Origin: Lama glama
Lineage: Eukaryota
Direction: 5' to 3'
DNA length: 64,000 nt
Assembly: GCA_028534125.1 (NCBI GenBank)
Contig: CM052816.1
Span: 95,048,001-95,112,000 of the forward strand
Shown piece by piece: positions 25,132 through 39,283 of this stretch. The stretch's first letter is position 1; every line of letters starts with the position of its first letter. The translations under genes were made by a program, and so were the position numbers. Below the pieces are notes generated by a model. That model had not been told where the DNA came from, searched no databases, and was given only the letters and a program-made list of their open reading frames with translations.

Positions 25132-28100
25132 GGCAGAAACCCAAAAGGACGGATGGAATGGGAGAGGGGGTGCAGTGATAAAATACTAGTAATTAATGTT
25201 TAACCCAGAGAAAGCTAAACCCTAAGCTAACAGTGACAAAACCCGAAAGCAGACTGATTCCCACTGCAAAGACCTGGTACCTCTGAGAGCAGGGGTGCGT
25301 ATAGAACTCCACACACAACTGGCTGAAGGGCTGCGTCAGGAAAGGTTGGAACCGGTTCCTCGCTCTTTCCCTAGCAGAGAACTCTGTGCGTACATTGAAA
25401 ATAGGTGGGCTCCGGACTTGGCAGATCCCAGCTCAGACTTGAGCAAGAGCCAGGCTAAAATCTGAGAGAGTCAGTGAAATTCTGCAAACTGCAAAATGAG
25501 CCCTGGCCCCTTCCTGTGTTTGAGTTTGAGAAGGTCAGCGGTCAAAGTCTACCCCTCAGATTCCATCTGAATTTGAAAAATGGGTCCTAACAGAAGAACC
25601 TCAGAAAAAAGAGGAGTGGGGAAGACAAAGCAGAATACAATTGTTCACAGCAAATCAGAATTTTAAAAAAAATTCAAATATAATAAGTATCTCCCAAATA
25701 ATCAAATTTAGACCAGAACTAAACTTGGAAGTTTGCAGATAAGGTCACATTGAGCCCCCAGGGGAGCTGCAGACGCAGGATCCTGGGGGAGGATGTGCAG
25801 GAGGAGGTAGAAATAGGAGACAGGACCAGGCTGCTCTCCAGTCCTTGTTTAAGGTTCCCAGCTCATTACCCTCCACCCTCTCATCTCTGCTAAGTTACTT
25901 CTACGCAGAGCTTTGGCAGGGAATATGCCCCACGGTTTTCACTGTGCCCTCGTGGACATTGGAAATAACCTGTTTCAATGAAAAAACTCAGGATTGCAAA
26001 TCCAGAGACCTAGTCCTAGACCCACTTCTCCTATCGACCGGCTCGATGACCCGTGACAGGACGTTAACCTCTGGGGACAAGTGCTCCTCCCTTGTGAAGT
26101 GACTGTATCGAACTAGCTGACCTTCCAGGTCACCTTTGCCTTGAACTTCGATAAACCAGTCCAGATCGAGAGAAAACAGTTAAATCCCTGTAGTTTAACA
26201 GAGACCCCTAGAATCTCTAGCTTTTCTCCTCTCCCCCTTTTTGTCAGGGCAGCGTCTTTATTTTCCTCTCCCTTATTAAAGCAGGATGGGTCTGACTCCA
26301 TCATTTGCACCTTGTCAGGAAGACTTTTATACCAACCTATTGCCCGCCATTATAGTTATTTAGCAGGTCTCTGAGTGGACAGCAGTCCAGATGAACGGAG
26401 TTTCAGACAAAGCCAAGAGAAGAGGTTTGCTGTGCACAAGGATGTCCTCTCAGCCCTTGCTGTGCCTTCTCCTGTGGACAATCTGGCTGGAAGCATTTCA
26501 GAAAGTCTGGCAGTTTGGCTCAAAAGAGGAAATGTAGGGGGCTGCCTCCTCTCCTCCTCCCCTGCGCTTCCCATCTCTTAATCCCATTCCTTCCCAGAGA
26601 GAGGCCCAGGAGGACAGGATATGGGCGCAGAGTTCTGGGGACCTGGACATGTGAAGAATCTTCTTGCCACTGGAGCCTAAGTCTGCAAAGTACATCCCCC
26701 GGGGTTCACACGTTTGGGAAGCTCTGCACACGTCTCTCTGCACGTCCACGTGCTAAGCGTGTGCAGACTATTCTATTGCAGACAAGTAAACCTTGCTGCT
26801 AGCTAAATCTGACCTACTGTACTTAAGAGTTAGTCAGGCTTCATGACGATTAGGAACAAACAGTAAGAAGTCCACTGGCTTGGCTGGGGTAGTTTGGGGG
26901 CTCTTCGCTTTGCTGGCCCCTGGTTCCTCCAGCGGACAGTCTTGATGCTCTTTGTACTACTGAATTCCAGCATCTCGCTCACCCGCACTCCTACACCCCC
27001 AAGCACTCTGTGTGCAACAGCACTCTCCTTCTCTTGGAAATCTGCGTCCTCTGCTCCATGAGATTTCCTGGGTTCGGTCCCAGACCCCTAGCCTCACCCT
27101 GCACATGCCCAGGTCCCCAGAACTCTGCCTCCACGTCCTTCCTGCTCATTGTCTTACCTGTGGCATCCCCCACCGCCACCACAGTTAAGGTCTCCACCAC
27201 CAGCACAGTGAGTGTGGGCTTTGACCAGTAGAGAGATGAAAAGGAAATAATGAAGCTCAGGGTCGAGAAGGGAAGTCTCCAACTCTTTAGAGACGCAGAG
27301 TGTTTATCTTCTCTGCTCCTCCCGCACTGCTTTATTTGACACCTCTCATTTTTCTTCTGAACGCAGCGGCTGAAAGTAAACTGAGAAAAGATGTCAAATA
27401 AAAACACGTGAACAAGTACCAAAGACATGAAACTGAGACTCCGACTCTAGAATCTGATGATTCTTTTGAGAATTGTTCCTAACAGATGTTCCTTTTAGAT
27501 CTAGAGGCTCAGCCACACAGTGACGCTTAAAGCAACTCTCACTGCATGTGAAATGTTCATCCACATGGGTAGGCGAAAGGCTGATAAAAGTCACAGCCCC
27601 GATCGAAGTAGACTGATCTGCAGGGAAAACAGAAAGCCAGAAAAAAAGAGAAAGGAGCTGCAATTTCAGGAAGGAGTTTTCTTTACTGAAGAGGCAAGTA
27701 ATCAAATCTAGATTCTCTTGGTCTGTATCATTCTGAGATTTGCAACAACCAGTAAGTCCACAGATGATCAGGTGTGATCAACAAAAGATTTAAAATAATC
27801 AGTAAATGAGTCTTCCTCCAAATATGGGTTTCTTCCTCCTGCTAGAAATAGAATTTTCAGTGTATCCACTTCTTACAGCAGGAAAGAAGTGGAAAAAAAA
27901 AACCCCAAAACAGAGGAAGAAAAAGCGAATATCCAAGAAATGCAGCCACACTCTGTGATGCTTTAAAATGAAACAAAAATATTGACTCTGTGTACTCATC
28001 AAGTGGAGGAACAGCCACACGCAATTTGCCAAATAAGGAGGAGTTCTGGTTTCTGCACTTTGGGAAGCAGGAGTGGAGGGGAAGTGTCACTTTAGATAAC

Positions 28101-28898
28101 TGCAATTTAGGTAAAGCAACAGCTTAATAAAGTGTCAGCGGCTCCTTCACAGTTTAAAAACAGATGGTCTTTGCTGCTTGGGAAGAAAGAATTTTTAGGC
28201 GTGCTGCGATCTGGGGAGTCTGTCATCGCCCTTTGCTGAATCGTTAAAGACACTGAAAAGCATAAATAATGACAAAATTTCCATTTCACTTCAGAAACTT
28301 GGAAGCTGCCCGTCTCATGGGGTCAACAGGACAAAAACCATCATCATTTTCAAATTATATTACAGACATTTATATATATGCAAATGAATTGGATTTTAGC
28401 CAAAATATTTTTTATAATCTTTTTATCTTTTAAAAAAACCATAATCACAAGCTTTTGTTGTCTTCAGCATAAAAGAAAAGATGCAGCTTAGAATGGGATC
28501 ACTTGGCCCTTTCTCTTCTTAGCTCTTCCCAGTTCAAAATGCTCGCACCTCTTACTAGCCAGCATTCCCTTAGATCTGCAATTGGGCTCACCTCATTCAA
28601 GTCTCAGCACCATCTTCTTTGTAATTTTAGCCTTTTTTATGGAAAATCAACTTAGTCTGCCCATGGTAGCTACTCTGCTTCCCGTCATGATGCTGCTTTC
28701 CTGGGCAGACAGAGAATCCTTGCCCATCCTGATCTGTGGGGTCGGTGCTGGCCACATTTCTGCAGAAAGTCCAACGGGTTTTAGGAATGTTTGCTATGTT
28801 TGCATGACCACTATCGGCATGGAAAAGAAAGCTTTTTATCTTTTTGTGATCCAGGATGCTAACAAAGTGGCAAATATTCCAAGGTCAGACCTGTGAAT

Positions 28899-28900
<2 letters not shown>

Positions 28901-28937
<37 letters not shown>
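28901..28937. repeat. (GT)n microsatellite
   Basis: Direct reading. Confidence 0.95.
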
Positions 28938-28939
<2 letters not shown>

Positions 28940-29149
28940 CAGCTTTGCAATGTATAGAGTTCCTTCCTGACACAGATCCATTGGGCGTCTCCTTCCAGGA
29001 TGTCTAGAATTTTCCCAGTTTTAGCACTGGAAAGTTCCAGTTTCCTGGGAAATTCCTTCATTCTAGGCAAACTAGAATGGTTAGTTACCCAAGTCATAGG
29101 AGCCTTAGCCTCAGTGCTTTCAGATACTACAATAAATTGTTATGAAGTC

Positions 29150-29745
29150 TTTTTCCAACTTTATTGAGATATAATTGACATACACATTGTGTAAGTTTAA
29201 GGAATACAATGTGTTGATTTGATACGTTTATATACTGCAATGTGGTGACCCCCACAGTGGGAGCTAATGTCTCCATCATGGCATTTCTTTTTTCCCCCTG
29301 TGATGAGAACGTCTAAGACCCACTCTCTTAGTAACTTTCAGGTATTGCCAGTGGCACAGCATTGCTTTCTGTAACCACAGCTGTGGATGAGAGCCCCAGA
29401 ACTCACTCATCTGCTAAGCGGAAGTCTGCACTTTTTGACCAGCATCCCCTCCATTTCTCCCATTCCCCAGCCCCTGGTAACCACCATTCCATTCTGTTTC
29501 TATGAGTTTGGCTTTTTTAGATTCCACATGTAAGTGACATCATACAGTATTTGTCTTTCTCAGTCTAATTTATTTCACTAACACCATGTCCTCTAGGACC
29601 ATCCATATTACCCTCAAAAAATTAAAAATAGAGCTGCCATATGAGTCGGAAATCCTGCTGCTGGGTATGTATCCAAAAGAAATGAAAACAGGATGCCTGC
29701 AGTATCTGCACTGCCGTGTTTATCGTTCTCTGTAATCATAGCAAA
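29150..29745 (-). mobile_element. L1MA/MB-like element with inverted 5' part
   Basis: 29150-29610 is an antisense 3'UTR (tttattgagatataattgaca...cagcccctggtaaccacc...catacagtatttgtcttt). 29611-29745 is sense ORF2 (ctcaaaaaattaaaaatagagctgccatatga). Confidence 0.8.
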
Positions 29746-32700
29746 GAGCCTTCTTTTTGTTGATGGAAGGCCCTGGCGCCTTAAGGAAGCTGTGAGAACC
29801 CATGATCCCCTGGTCCTAACATGAGAAGCTTGACATCTGCCTTACTTTCTATTTGGAACTGGAAACCAAATCACCAGAGATGGAATGTAGTTCATAAAAC
29901 CTGACCTGCAAACAAATGTAAGATTTATCGAGACTTCCAAGGTTCTTTCATTCCAGGACCTGCAGGATATCTAAGAGGAGTGAGTATAATGTTCCCTCTT
30001 AAAGGTGGAAACAGCCCTGGCCAGTTTGGGAGACCTAGATTCTTAACACGGTACTGCACTGACTGGCTGTGGCAACTCCAGCAAGTCCCTTCACCTACGT
30101 GGCTGACTAACCAACTGGTCGACCAGCCAACTGGCAGGTTGGGCAGGGGGCTCTTGGCCCAGATATTTGACTCTCAATATTATTCCTTCCCAGCTGCCTA
30201 CTATTAATCCCATCCTTCTCAAATAATCTCCATATGCTTGTGTGTCCTGGAGATTGGGCAACTTGAGGCTATAATCTTAGACCTTCAATAGGACATTTTC
30301 CTTCAGGCCACTGTTAAGTTTCCATAGAGGAGATAAGGTTAGTGAACAAGTTTTCTAGAACATTTGCTCCTCTAATAATCAGGATTAATGTCTGTCCCCA
30401 AATTCTGAAACCAATCAGAATTTCTACCACATGGAAGCAAATTACAAAAATGACACCACACCTTTGTGTTTAATTACTAGTGAAAAGAGAACAAGATGGC
30501 ATCATTTAATCAAACCAATAGAAAGGACAGCTTTAAGAGATAGAAGATCTATGCTGGGGTTTTAACCTGTCCCCCTTAAATAGAGAGTTTGCACATGTTT
30601 TTATCATAATGCTGTACACTTCTTCCCATTCAAATTTGATTCTCATTTTTTGGGGTCATTAACCCCAACATGGCATTTTACTTAAAAAGTAAGCTCTTAT
30701 CACACCAACATAGAAATAAGAAGATAATAGGACAGGATTGTCTCCACCACACTCATCATCAAAGCTGCAGATCCCAACAAAGCTTTGTCCCAGACCGAAG
30801 CCAGAACAACTTTGTCACTCTCACTTTTTCTCTTTGACCTTGGAAGGTACTGTCAACAAGACCAATGCTTTATCTGTTCACACCTTTTGTGTGAAAGGAG
30901 GAGTAGGTCAGTGAAAATTAATTAAAAGAGTCACTTAAGCAGAAAAGAGAAATTTACTGAGCAATTTCCCACTTCTTGGTGAAAACCTCATCTCGGGCAA
31001 CAGTGTCCCCTGAGCAAGTGGCTTTATTTGTGATTTAACAGTGGGGTATTTCTTAGCTTCTGCATCCCATCTGCATCCATTTTCACAATGACTGAACAAA
31101 TGCAATTAGCTTGCACTGAGCCAAGTAATGATTTTCTTAAAGGATTGGGAACACTTTCCTAGACTCTAACACACACGGACGTCTGCTGTGGCTTCCTCAA
31201 GCTAGTCTCCCATTCGTAGCAACCACATGTCTTTTTCTAGTTCACCAAGGCAGAAGTTTTGCTGCAAGAAAACAATACCAGGGGATGAAGAGCTAGTTGA
31301 GAGTGTGGATGGGCAGATGCAGGGCTTCACTGCCCTTTCTAGCAGGTGAACTCTATCAGGAAAGACAGGACACTAACACTCATGGCACACCTACTGAATG
31401 CCGGCCATTGCACTAACACTTTTACACACACTAATGCCAGCAGTCTAGAACATCAGTTCCATTGGATCAGAGACCGCATCTGCCTTGCTCACCACTGCAT
31501 CCCTGGTGCACATGAGAGGCACTCAAAAGATATTTTGGGGAGGCAACAACCTGAAGACCCCTAGGAGTCATCTCCATGCCATGCTTAGGTTTGATAGAAT
31601 CCAAGGTATCTTCTCACTGTCAGTGGTCCTGGAAACCAGCTGGTTTCTCAGGGGTCATCATACTTGGGGTCTTTCAAAAGCTCAAAGGGAGTAACTGCAA
31701 GACTTTCAGAGTGCAGGGGACTTGGGAACACTTTCATGGATACCTTTGATTCTGCACTGCTCAATGCAGAGGCCACAGACAGTGCATGGAAGACCATATT
31801 TGATAAATAAGAATTTGGATGGGGCAATCTAATCTTGAAAGGGGCCCTCCACTGTCACTGATTAAATTAGCTACCAGTGTTCTCTAAAGTTCCTGGTCTT
31901 CCAGAATTCTTCAGTGTTATTTCTTCAGTATTTGTCTTCAGTAATAAACACTTGAGAGCCTGCTATGAGTGTGTTAGACACTCTACTGGGATGGCAGGGA
32001 TTCCAAGCTGAAACAGACATGAATGCATTCAACCAACTGGCCGGCATTAAGACTCTTGCATGCCAGCAACTGGTAACTACATTTCCTCAAATCTAAGATA
32101 CATCAAATGTAAGAAACACCTTGACTTCAAAGGTGGTGCGATGGGGAAAATGGTATTTTCCCTGCATTTAGTTCTGCTCTGTTGTTTCTTCTATCACTAC
32201 TATTTTGCCACTGACACACACATACAGAGGTAATAGGAAATCTGAAAGTGGGTGATGGTTTGGGGTAGAACTGGGGCTCTTCTCATTGGAAGAGATGTTG
32301 TAGTAAATAGACTACCCATCGAACCCTCCATCCTTCTAGTAGCACAATCTACTATACTACTTTCCTTTGAATACACACTTTGCACACACACAAAATTGAA
32401 TCTAAATGGGAATTGACAGTAAAAATATATTTTTAGTGACAAAGTGATATGAGAATTGAAAAAAACTAGATTCTTATGCTTGTATACTTTTTGGTAGATC
32501 CATAGTTAAATTCAACTACTACCAATAAAAAAGAGTTCTAATTTTTTCATAATTGGTGCAAACTATGTGGCAGGCTAAATTCTGCATGTTTCCAGTATTT
32601 TATTCTGGGTGGAAATTTTCAACTAGTTCATATAACAGATAAGTGTTATTTCGGAATAAATTTCAGAAACTGACACCAATATTGCTCATGTTTTTGTAGC

Positions 32701-33832
32701 CCAGAGCTGGGTTTTACTTGGCTTCAGGTGTCACTGGCAGCATTGCCAGTTGAGCAGGGATCACTGCTGAGTCTTTATTCCTGGCAATGAGGCGACAAAT
32801 AGCAAGTGCACAGCTGGGTCTTCTGATCACAGACCGGGTTTGCAAGGCTTAGGGTTGGAGAGGGAAGGAGTCATCCTTTAATGTACTAACTGAACAGTCA
32901 AGCTGGAAGACAAAAATCTATAAAATCGAAGAGGGAACCCCATATTTTGTCTGCTTCCAGTTCTCAGATGGGCTGTTCTTTAAAAGGAAATAGCAGTGTT
33001 ATTTTAGGTGCGTAAATAAAATAAGACCCCCCCCAAAAGTAAAAATCATTGGATTTAAATAAATACAAACCTGTCTTCTCTTTAGAGCTTGTCTGTAAAC
33101 TTTTCAGGAGTATGGACCTTGTCTTCCACCTCTTTTATTTCCTGCAGTAGAATTTATACGGTGCCATGCACACAGCAGGGAGTAAATAAATATTTTTGGA
33201 ATGAGTGAAAGAAAACAGACACAACACAGCTTAACTCTCCATCAAGCAGAAATGTGTAGGCATAAAGGAGGCATAAAAAAGGCACATAGAATAAAAGTGT
33301 TGCAATTAATATATTTAGAAGGAAATACCCCTAGTAGACTGAGCAAGGACTTCAGAGCAACAGCACCTGGGGGCAAATCTTTGGCTCTACCACCTTCGCT
33401 CTGTATGACCATCAGGACATTATCCTATTTCTTGAGCCTGAATTACTGCCTTGGAGCGTTGTCGTGATCTGGTGAAAATATAAATCAGGTTCTATCATTC
33501 CTCTGTCCCAAAACCCCCCTCCAGTGCCTTCCCATCTCCTGCCAGGTAAAAGCCAATGTCTTTATGAGAACATTCTCTCCACTCTGGCCTCAACCTCTCC
33601 TTCTGAGTAGAGAAGAGCTGAGATAGGCCCTGTATATTTTGTTGATTTCCTTCATTTATTTTCTGTTTTCCTCCTGGACCGTAAGCTCAGTGAGGGCTGA
33701 GAATTCATGGACTTTATCCACAACACTTTGAATGGTGCTTGGCACTTAATAAGCATTTGAGTAAAAAGATGAGTTCCTGGCACAGTATCTGGCACATAGG
33801 AGCAGTCTACTAGACGGAGATTTTCACCATCA

Positions 33833-34003
33833 CAGTCGGCCCTCCACGGTGTTGAATCTGCAAATGCAAAACTCGCACATAGGGAGGGTCAATGTTATTC
33901 TTTGCACTGGGCAGTTTTATATAAGAAACTAGAGCACCCTGGGATTCTGGTACCCTCGGGGGCTCCTGGAACCAACCCCTCCGAGGATACGGAGGAACGA
34001 CTG
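33833..34003. mobile_element. TcMar-Tigger-family MITE
   Basis: Imperfect terminal inverted repeats cagtcggccctcc ... ggaggaacgactg, followed by TA. Confidence 0.75.
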
Positions 34004-34544
34004 TATTCTTACTATCCAAGATCGTCAAGAAAAGCTAAGCTATGTATTGTGTGCTTTACATTAGACACAAAAATCAGTCTTTTTCAGAACAAAACTGTAA
34101 ACGTATATAGTGAAATATTTTATGTAATATTTTTAAAACCAAAAAAAAAAACAGTGATAAAATGAGTAAGAGACACAGGCCCCGGAGTAAAGAGCAGGTA
34201 CAAGAAGAGCCTTAAAAGGTGGAAAGATGCTCGGATCTGCACTGCGGGAAGTGTTAACACACAGGGAAGTGGAGCAAGGGAGACAGAAGGAAGAGCTTCA
34301 GAGAAAGGAGAGCGAGAAAGACTGTTAAGTACACATTTCTGCAGTGCTGTCTCCAGCTTTACAACTCAGATGCCAGACTGAGTACCTGAAAAGCTCTGTT
34401 TTTCTTCCCTTGCAAGTATTTTTCCCAGTACCTACCAGCAAGTTGTGGTAACTGCATTTATTCCACTCAGTGTTTCCTAAGAGGCATACTTTCTCAAAGA
34501 TTCAGATTTCAAACATTTTTTCAAAGTTACTAATATAAAAAAAA

Positions 34545-36860
34545 AATCTTCACTTCATGATTACATATCCGGAAAACTCAAAAGAATCAAAAGGAAAAGC
34601 TACTAGGCTAATAGAAGAATTTAATAAGGTAGCGATTTTTTTCAATTAACAAAGAAAAATAAATACCCATTATATACAATAAACAAAAAACTAGTAAGAT
34701 ATAAAAGAAGGTTGCATTTATGATTGTGAAAAAGAGAAGAAAACACTTAGGCATAAGTCTTACAAAGGAGTGTCTGAAACCCATACGAAGAAAATTGTTA
34801 AAACACCCCTGAAAGACACAAAAATAGGCTTGAATAAATGGGATGCTCCACGTTCTTGGGTTGGAAGACTCGGGATCAAAATCAGAATCACTTCTCAGCC
34901 AGTGTATAAATTTAATGCAAGCTAAACTTTAAAATCTGTTTTTTCGTCTGGGCCAGAGAGGTAGATTGTAGAGTTCATTTGGAATAACAAACAAACAAGC
35001 ATAACATCCTGAAAAATAACAGGAATAGGGGAGAAGGGAGGGTGGCTGGATGTCAGACACCAAAACACACTATAAATCATCTCTAATTTAGAAGCTCAAT
35101 GAGCTATCCATTGCATCACAGAGCCTAAAGCATCTTTAATTTAAAAGGATTTGTATTGGTTCATGAACAGACAAGCATGGTACAGTATAAAAAATCCAGA
35201 AATAAATTCACATGAATATGAAAAAGTTTGTGTACAGTGAAGACTACATCTTAAGCCAGTAGGGAAAAGATGAACTTTTTTATAGGTGGCATTGGGATAA
35301 CTGCATAGCTATCATGGAAAAAGTAAAATGGAATCTTTACTGATGGAGTACATCAGCAAATGATACATGTTTAAATGTTAAAAAATTATAAGATGCTAGA
35401 AGAGAATATGGGTTAATTCCCCTTTACTCTCAGAGTGAGTAAAACTTTCCTAATTGTGACTTGAAATCTAAATGCAAAAAATGAAAAGATTAATTTGATT
35501 ACAAGAAAAACATTTTTATGGCAAAAAAATCATAAGCAAAGTAGAAAGACAAATGACACTAAGGAAAAAATGTCACACATCAGACAGGCAATGAACCTAA
35601 TTTGGAAGGAGTTTCTAAAAATAAAGAAGAAAAAAGCCAACAACTCTACCAGAAATTAATCTGGAAATGTGAATAGATGGTTTATGGGAAAATAAATGGA
35701 CTGACTTTTAAACAAATGGAAAGATTACTTATAATAAGGGAAATGCAAATTAAGATTCTTCCAAGATACCATTGGTCTGAAACACATCAAATATAGTTAA
35801 ATCCATATGTTCATAATTAAACATACAGGCAAGAAATTAAAAGTCTTCATTGTTCTCTCTGGAAGATGCCTGCAAACCAACTCATGATTGTGAAAATCAG
35901 TGAGGAAAAAGGAAGAATCAAGCATCTATCCTACCTTCCCTAAATGGACTGTCCTTCAGTATAATCCAAGAGGTGGTAAAAGGAACTTTCTCTTAACTGA
36001 ACTGTTCCAGCCAATGCATGAAGAATTATGGAGTTTAAATTTCACCTTTTTGCAATCCCTAATGAATTAATGGATTGGTAAAAATCCCAAATTTGACACC
36101 ATGTGTTTCTCTTTTACACTGTCTAGCCATCCCACTTCTGGATCTAACTCAAGGACTGGCCCCTTGAATACAGGTTTTCAAATCTTTGATTGACTGACAA
36201 AGACTTGAAACCCTGTACTCAAAAGGCTATTTATTGCAGCATTATTTGTGAGAATGCACAAAACTTGGGATAACCCAAATGTCCATCAGGTAGCTGAAAG
36301 GTAAATTAACTGGGGTACATCTCCAAAATACTAGGGTACTATACAGCTATTAAAAAAATGAATGAAGATTTCCATTATGAAGTGATCTCTAGGATTTATG
36401 ACCAAATGGAAAAATCAAGGTGGATAGTAGTAATTATGGTAGGCTAAGAAAAAAAGGGATGTGAATACATATAGGAATTTGATTAAAAATTGTTTAATGA
36501 TAGAAGAGGTTTTTTTCATGTTAGTGGTTGCCTATAGAAAGAAAGAGGAATAGAATAGAGGAGATAGTATTCTTTAATACATCTTATTCTGTAGATTTAA
36601 TTTTAGAACCTAGTTATAAAACAAAATTAACTTTTAAAAAATCCCTGAAAATCAAAATTAAAATGAACAGAGCGAACTTAAATGGTATCCAGTTGATAGC
36701 ATAACCACACAAAGGAACTCTTTCAAAAGTTGTTAAAACACATTTCCGACTATACCTCTCCATTGACAACTCCTAAGGCAAAAACAGCTTCGAAGAAATC
36801 TTCAATTGTTTTCAGTAAATATATTGCTGCTGTAAATATTGATAATGTGACATGAAACTT
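34545..36860 (+). mobile_element. Old L1M ORF2 C-terminal region plus 3'UTR, decayed
   Basis: A-rich strand with L1 ORF2 landmarks (gaaaactcaaaagaatc, cttgaataaatggg..gttcttgggttggaagactc, aaatccagaaataaa, gaaatgcaaattaaga, aacccaaatgtccatcag). No intact ORF. Confidence 0.8.
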
Positions 36861-37165
36861 AATATACGTTTTTCTTATCAAAAAAGCTTTCTCCTTTCCC
36901 CTCACTTCTGCCTTCTCCCCAGGTTTTCCACTTTCCTGCGTTGCACAGTGTCTTTGTGCAGACAGGGGCTTTTCCAGAACAAATCTGGGCTAAGATCTTG
37001 GTGCTTTACAACCTTTAGTCCTCTTCAAGAAGAAGAAGGTGCCAGAAGAAACCAGTGGTTATGAGTGCTTGCTTTTCAGGCGTGGAAGCTGGTGGTGCCC
37101 TGCCCTGGTCTCTTTCCCAGCTGGTAGGTGCACCCAGCTCCCCGCTGCTGAAAAATGCTGGCTGG

Positions 37166-37586
37166 TGTTACGGGTTGAATTGTGCCACCCCCAAAATTCC
37201 TATGGTGTAGTTCTAACCCCCAGCACCTCATGTTTCTGACTATTAGACATAGGGTCCGTTCAGAGGTAATCAAGTTAACATGAAGTCATGGAGGGTGGAG
37301 GGCGGCTAACCCAGTATGACGGATGTTCCCATAGAAAGGTCCCCCTCCTGACTGGACACAGGTGCACACGGAGGGAAGACAGATAAGGGGACTCTGGGAG
37401 AAGAGGGCATCTGCAAGCCAAGGAGAGAGGCCTGGAGCAGACTCTCCCTCACAGCCTCAGTCAGAACCAACCCTGCTGGCATCATGATTTTGGACTTCTG
37501 GCCTCCAGAGCGTGAGACAATAAATGAATGTTGTTTAAGCCCCGGTGTGTGGGAGTTTGTCACAGTAGCCTGAGCAGACTAATACG
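37166..37586 (+). mobile_element. MaLR LTR (MLT1A/B-like) nested in an older ERVL LTR
   Basis: tgttacgggttgaattgtg...ttggacttctggcctccagag...gactaatacg. Perfect 5-bp TSD gctgg at 37161-37165 and 37587-37591. Confidence 0.9.
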
Positions 37587-37591
37587 GCTGG

Positions 37592-37920
37592 TAACTCACC
37601 ACTGGCCCCTCTCATAAGGCATTCTTCTTGCCCTAGTAGAAGTTGTCCTGTCCCTACCCCATGACCAGTGATCAGTGACCACGCATGATACAGAAGTCCA
37701 GCCCACTTGCCTCTAAAGGGACCAACTGTGTGGTACAGTTCATGCTCTGGAGCTCCCCGTGGAATCAGGCTGGTCTCCAAGGGAGCCACATTCTTACTTG
37801 CTCCCCACAAACACACACACCCCCCACCCGTCCTCTCCTGATCCTTCCACACCTGCCTCAATAAACCCCTAGCATAATGTCTCTGTCCCAGGCTCTGCTT
37901 CTGGGGAGCCTGATGTGAGA
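37592..37920 (+). mobile_element. LTR16-like ERVL LTR, 3' part
   Basis: cctcaataaacccct...caggctctgcttctggggagcctgatgtgagaca resembles the LTR16-type 3' end. Confidence 0.55.
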
Positions 37921-39149
37921 CACTTAGCACCTGACGTAAGACACTTAGTATCTGGGTGGCTGGAGGTCCTTCCGGTACCCACCACCCCTTCTCAGCACAG
38001 AGGCAGGTCCTAGCCCATCTCCATGTCTCCAGGTTGACATCCACCCTCCCTGAAACCTCTGACAGCTGGGACACTGGGGCACCCCAGAAATCCAACACCA
38101 TCAGGGAGGCTCCAGGGACATGAAGTCCCCGCCCTCTCCACTGAGCTACAACTCAGAGCCCCAGGAACAACAGCACATTTTATTCCCCAGGGAGGGAACA
38201 AAGCTCCGTGACGCTCCTCCCCCACTTACAGGGCTCCTGGATGCATTTTAATGTGCCCCCGTGTTGGGGATGCCTGCGGATCACTACAGAGCCTCTTCAC
38301 AGTCCTTGTCAGCAAGCCTCACGAGTGTGACAAAGGAGAGGGAAAAGGAAGAAAAGGAAAAGAGGGGAACTATTACTGCTTCGAGAGTCACTAGGGGTAA
38401 AAAGGACCCGTTTCCCCACTAGATTTCACATTGCTAATGGTTTCATGTCTCAGTTTTCTCTTGCAGTGATAAGAAGCAAGTATTTTTTCCCTTATTTTGC
38501 AGGCATTTTGGAGGAGAGGTAATATTTTTGTTTTTCTTATTTTCTTTTAATCTCTGATTAGGTTCCTCACTCTAACGACAGCCCAAAAAGCAAATGGGAA
38601 GGGAGAGATGACGTAAATCACCTTTCCTCTTAGCGTACTTCAGCAGGTCCACACGTAACGGTTTCCGTGTGTGTTCATAGCAGATGGTTTTAAGGACGGA
38701 GACCTGCACTCGGAAGCCTGCTCCCTGCTGAACGCTCCTGCTCTCACACACTATAAAGCACCTCAAAAGCAAGTTAACTCCGGAGTAAAAAGACTACAGA
38801 ATCCACCCCCATCCGGCCAGCTTTCCGACGCAAAGCTTCAGTGGAGTTGTCTCCAGAGATCCAATGTTTTTCTTTAAGAAAATATTCCAGAATGTTCAGG
38901 CTAAATTCCATCCTGAGTAGCCTCTATTTTAAAATACAGCTGCACAAGCCGGTGAAGTAGTGAAGTCTTTCTCCCGCTCAGGGTCTCTGCCACCCAGAGT
39001 TTCACGTTCTCCTCTGGGTCGTCCCAGAACTGACACAACTTGGATTCCTCTTTCCTGTTTCTAATTTTTTAATGGGTATTGTCTTCAATTTTTTTGGTCT
39101 ACTTTTGACCCTGTTTTTTAACATGGCCTGTCATTTTATCCCATTCATC

Positions 39150-39283
39150 TTTTTTTTGGGGGGGGAGGGGTTTGATGAGAGGAGGGGCGTAATTAGGTTT
39201 ATTTATTTTTAAAGGAGGTCCTGGGGGTTGAGCCCAGGATACTAGGCATGTGCTCTAGCACCCGAGCTATATACTCTCCCCCC
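39150..39283 (-). mobile_element. tRNA-Ala-derived SINE (vic-1-like) with internal deletion
   Basis: Reverse-strand tRNA-like head and taattaggtttatttattttt tail. TSD cattcatcttt on both sides. Confidence 0.85.
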
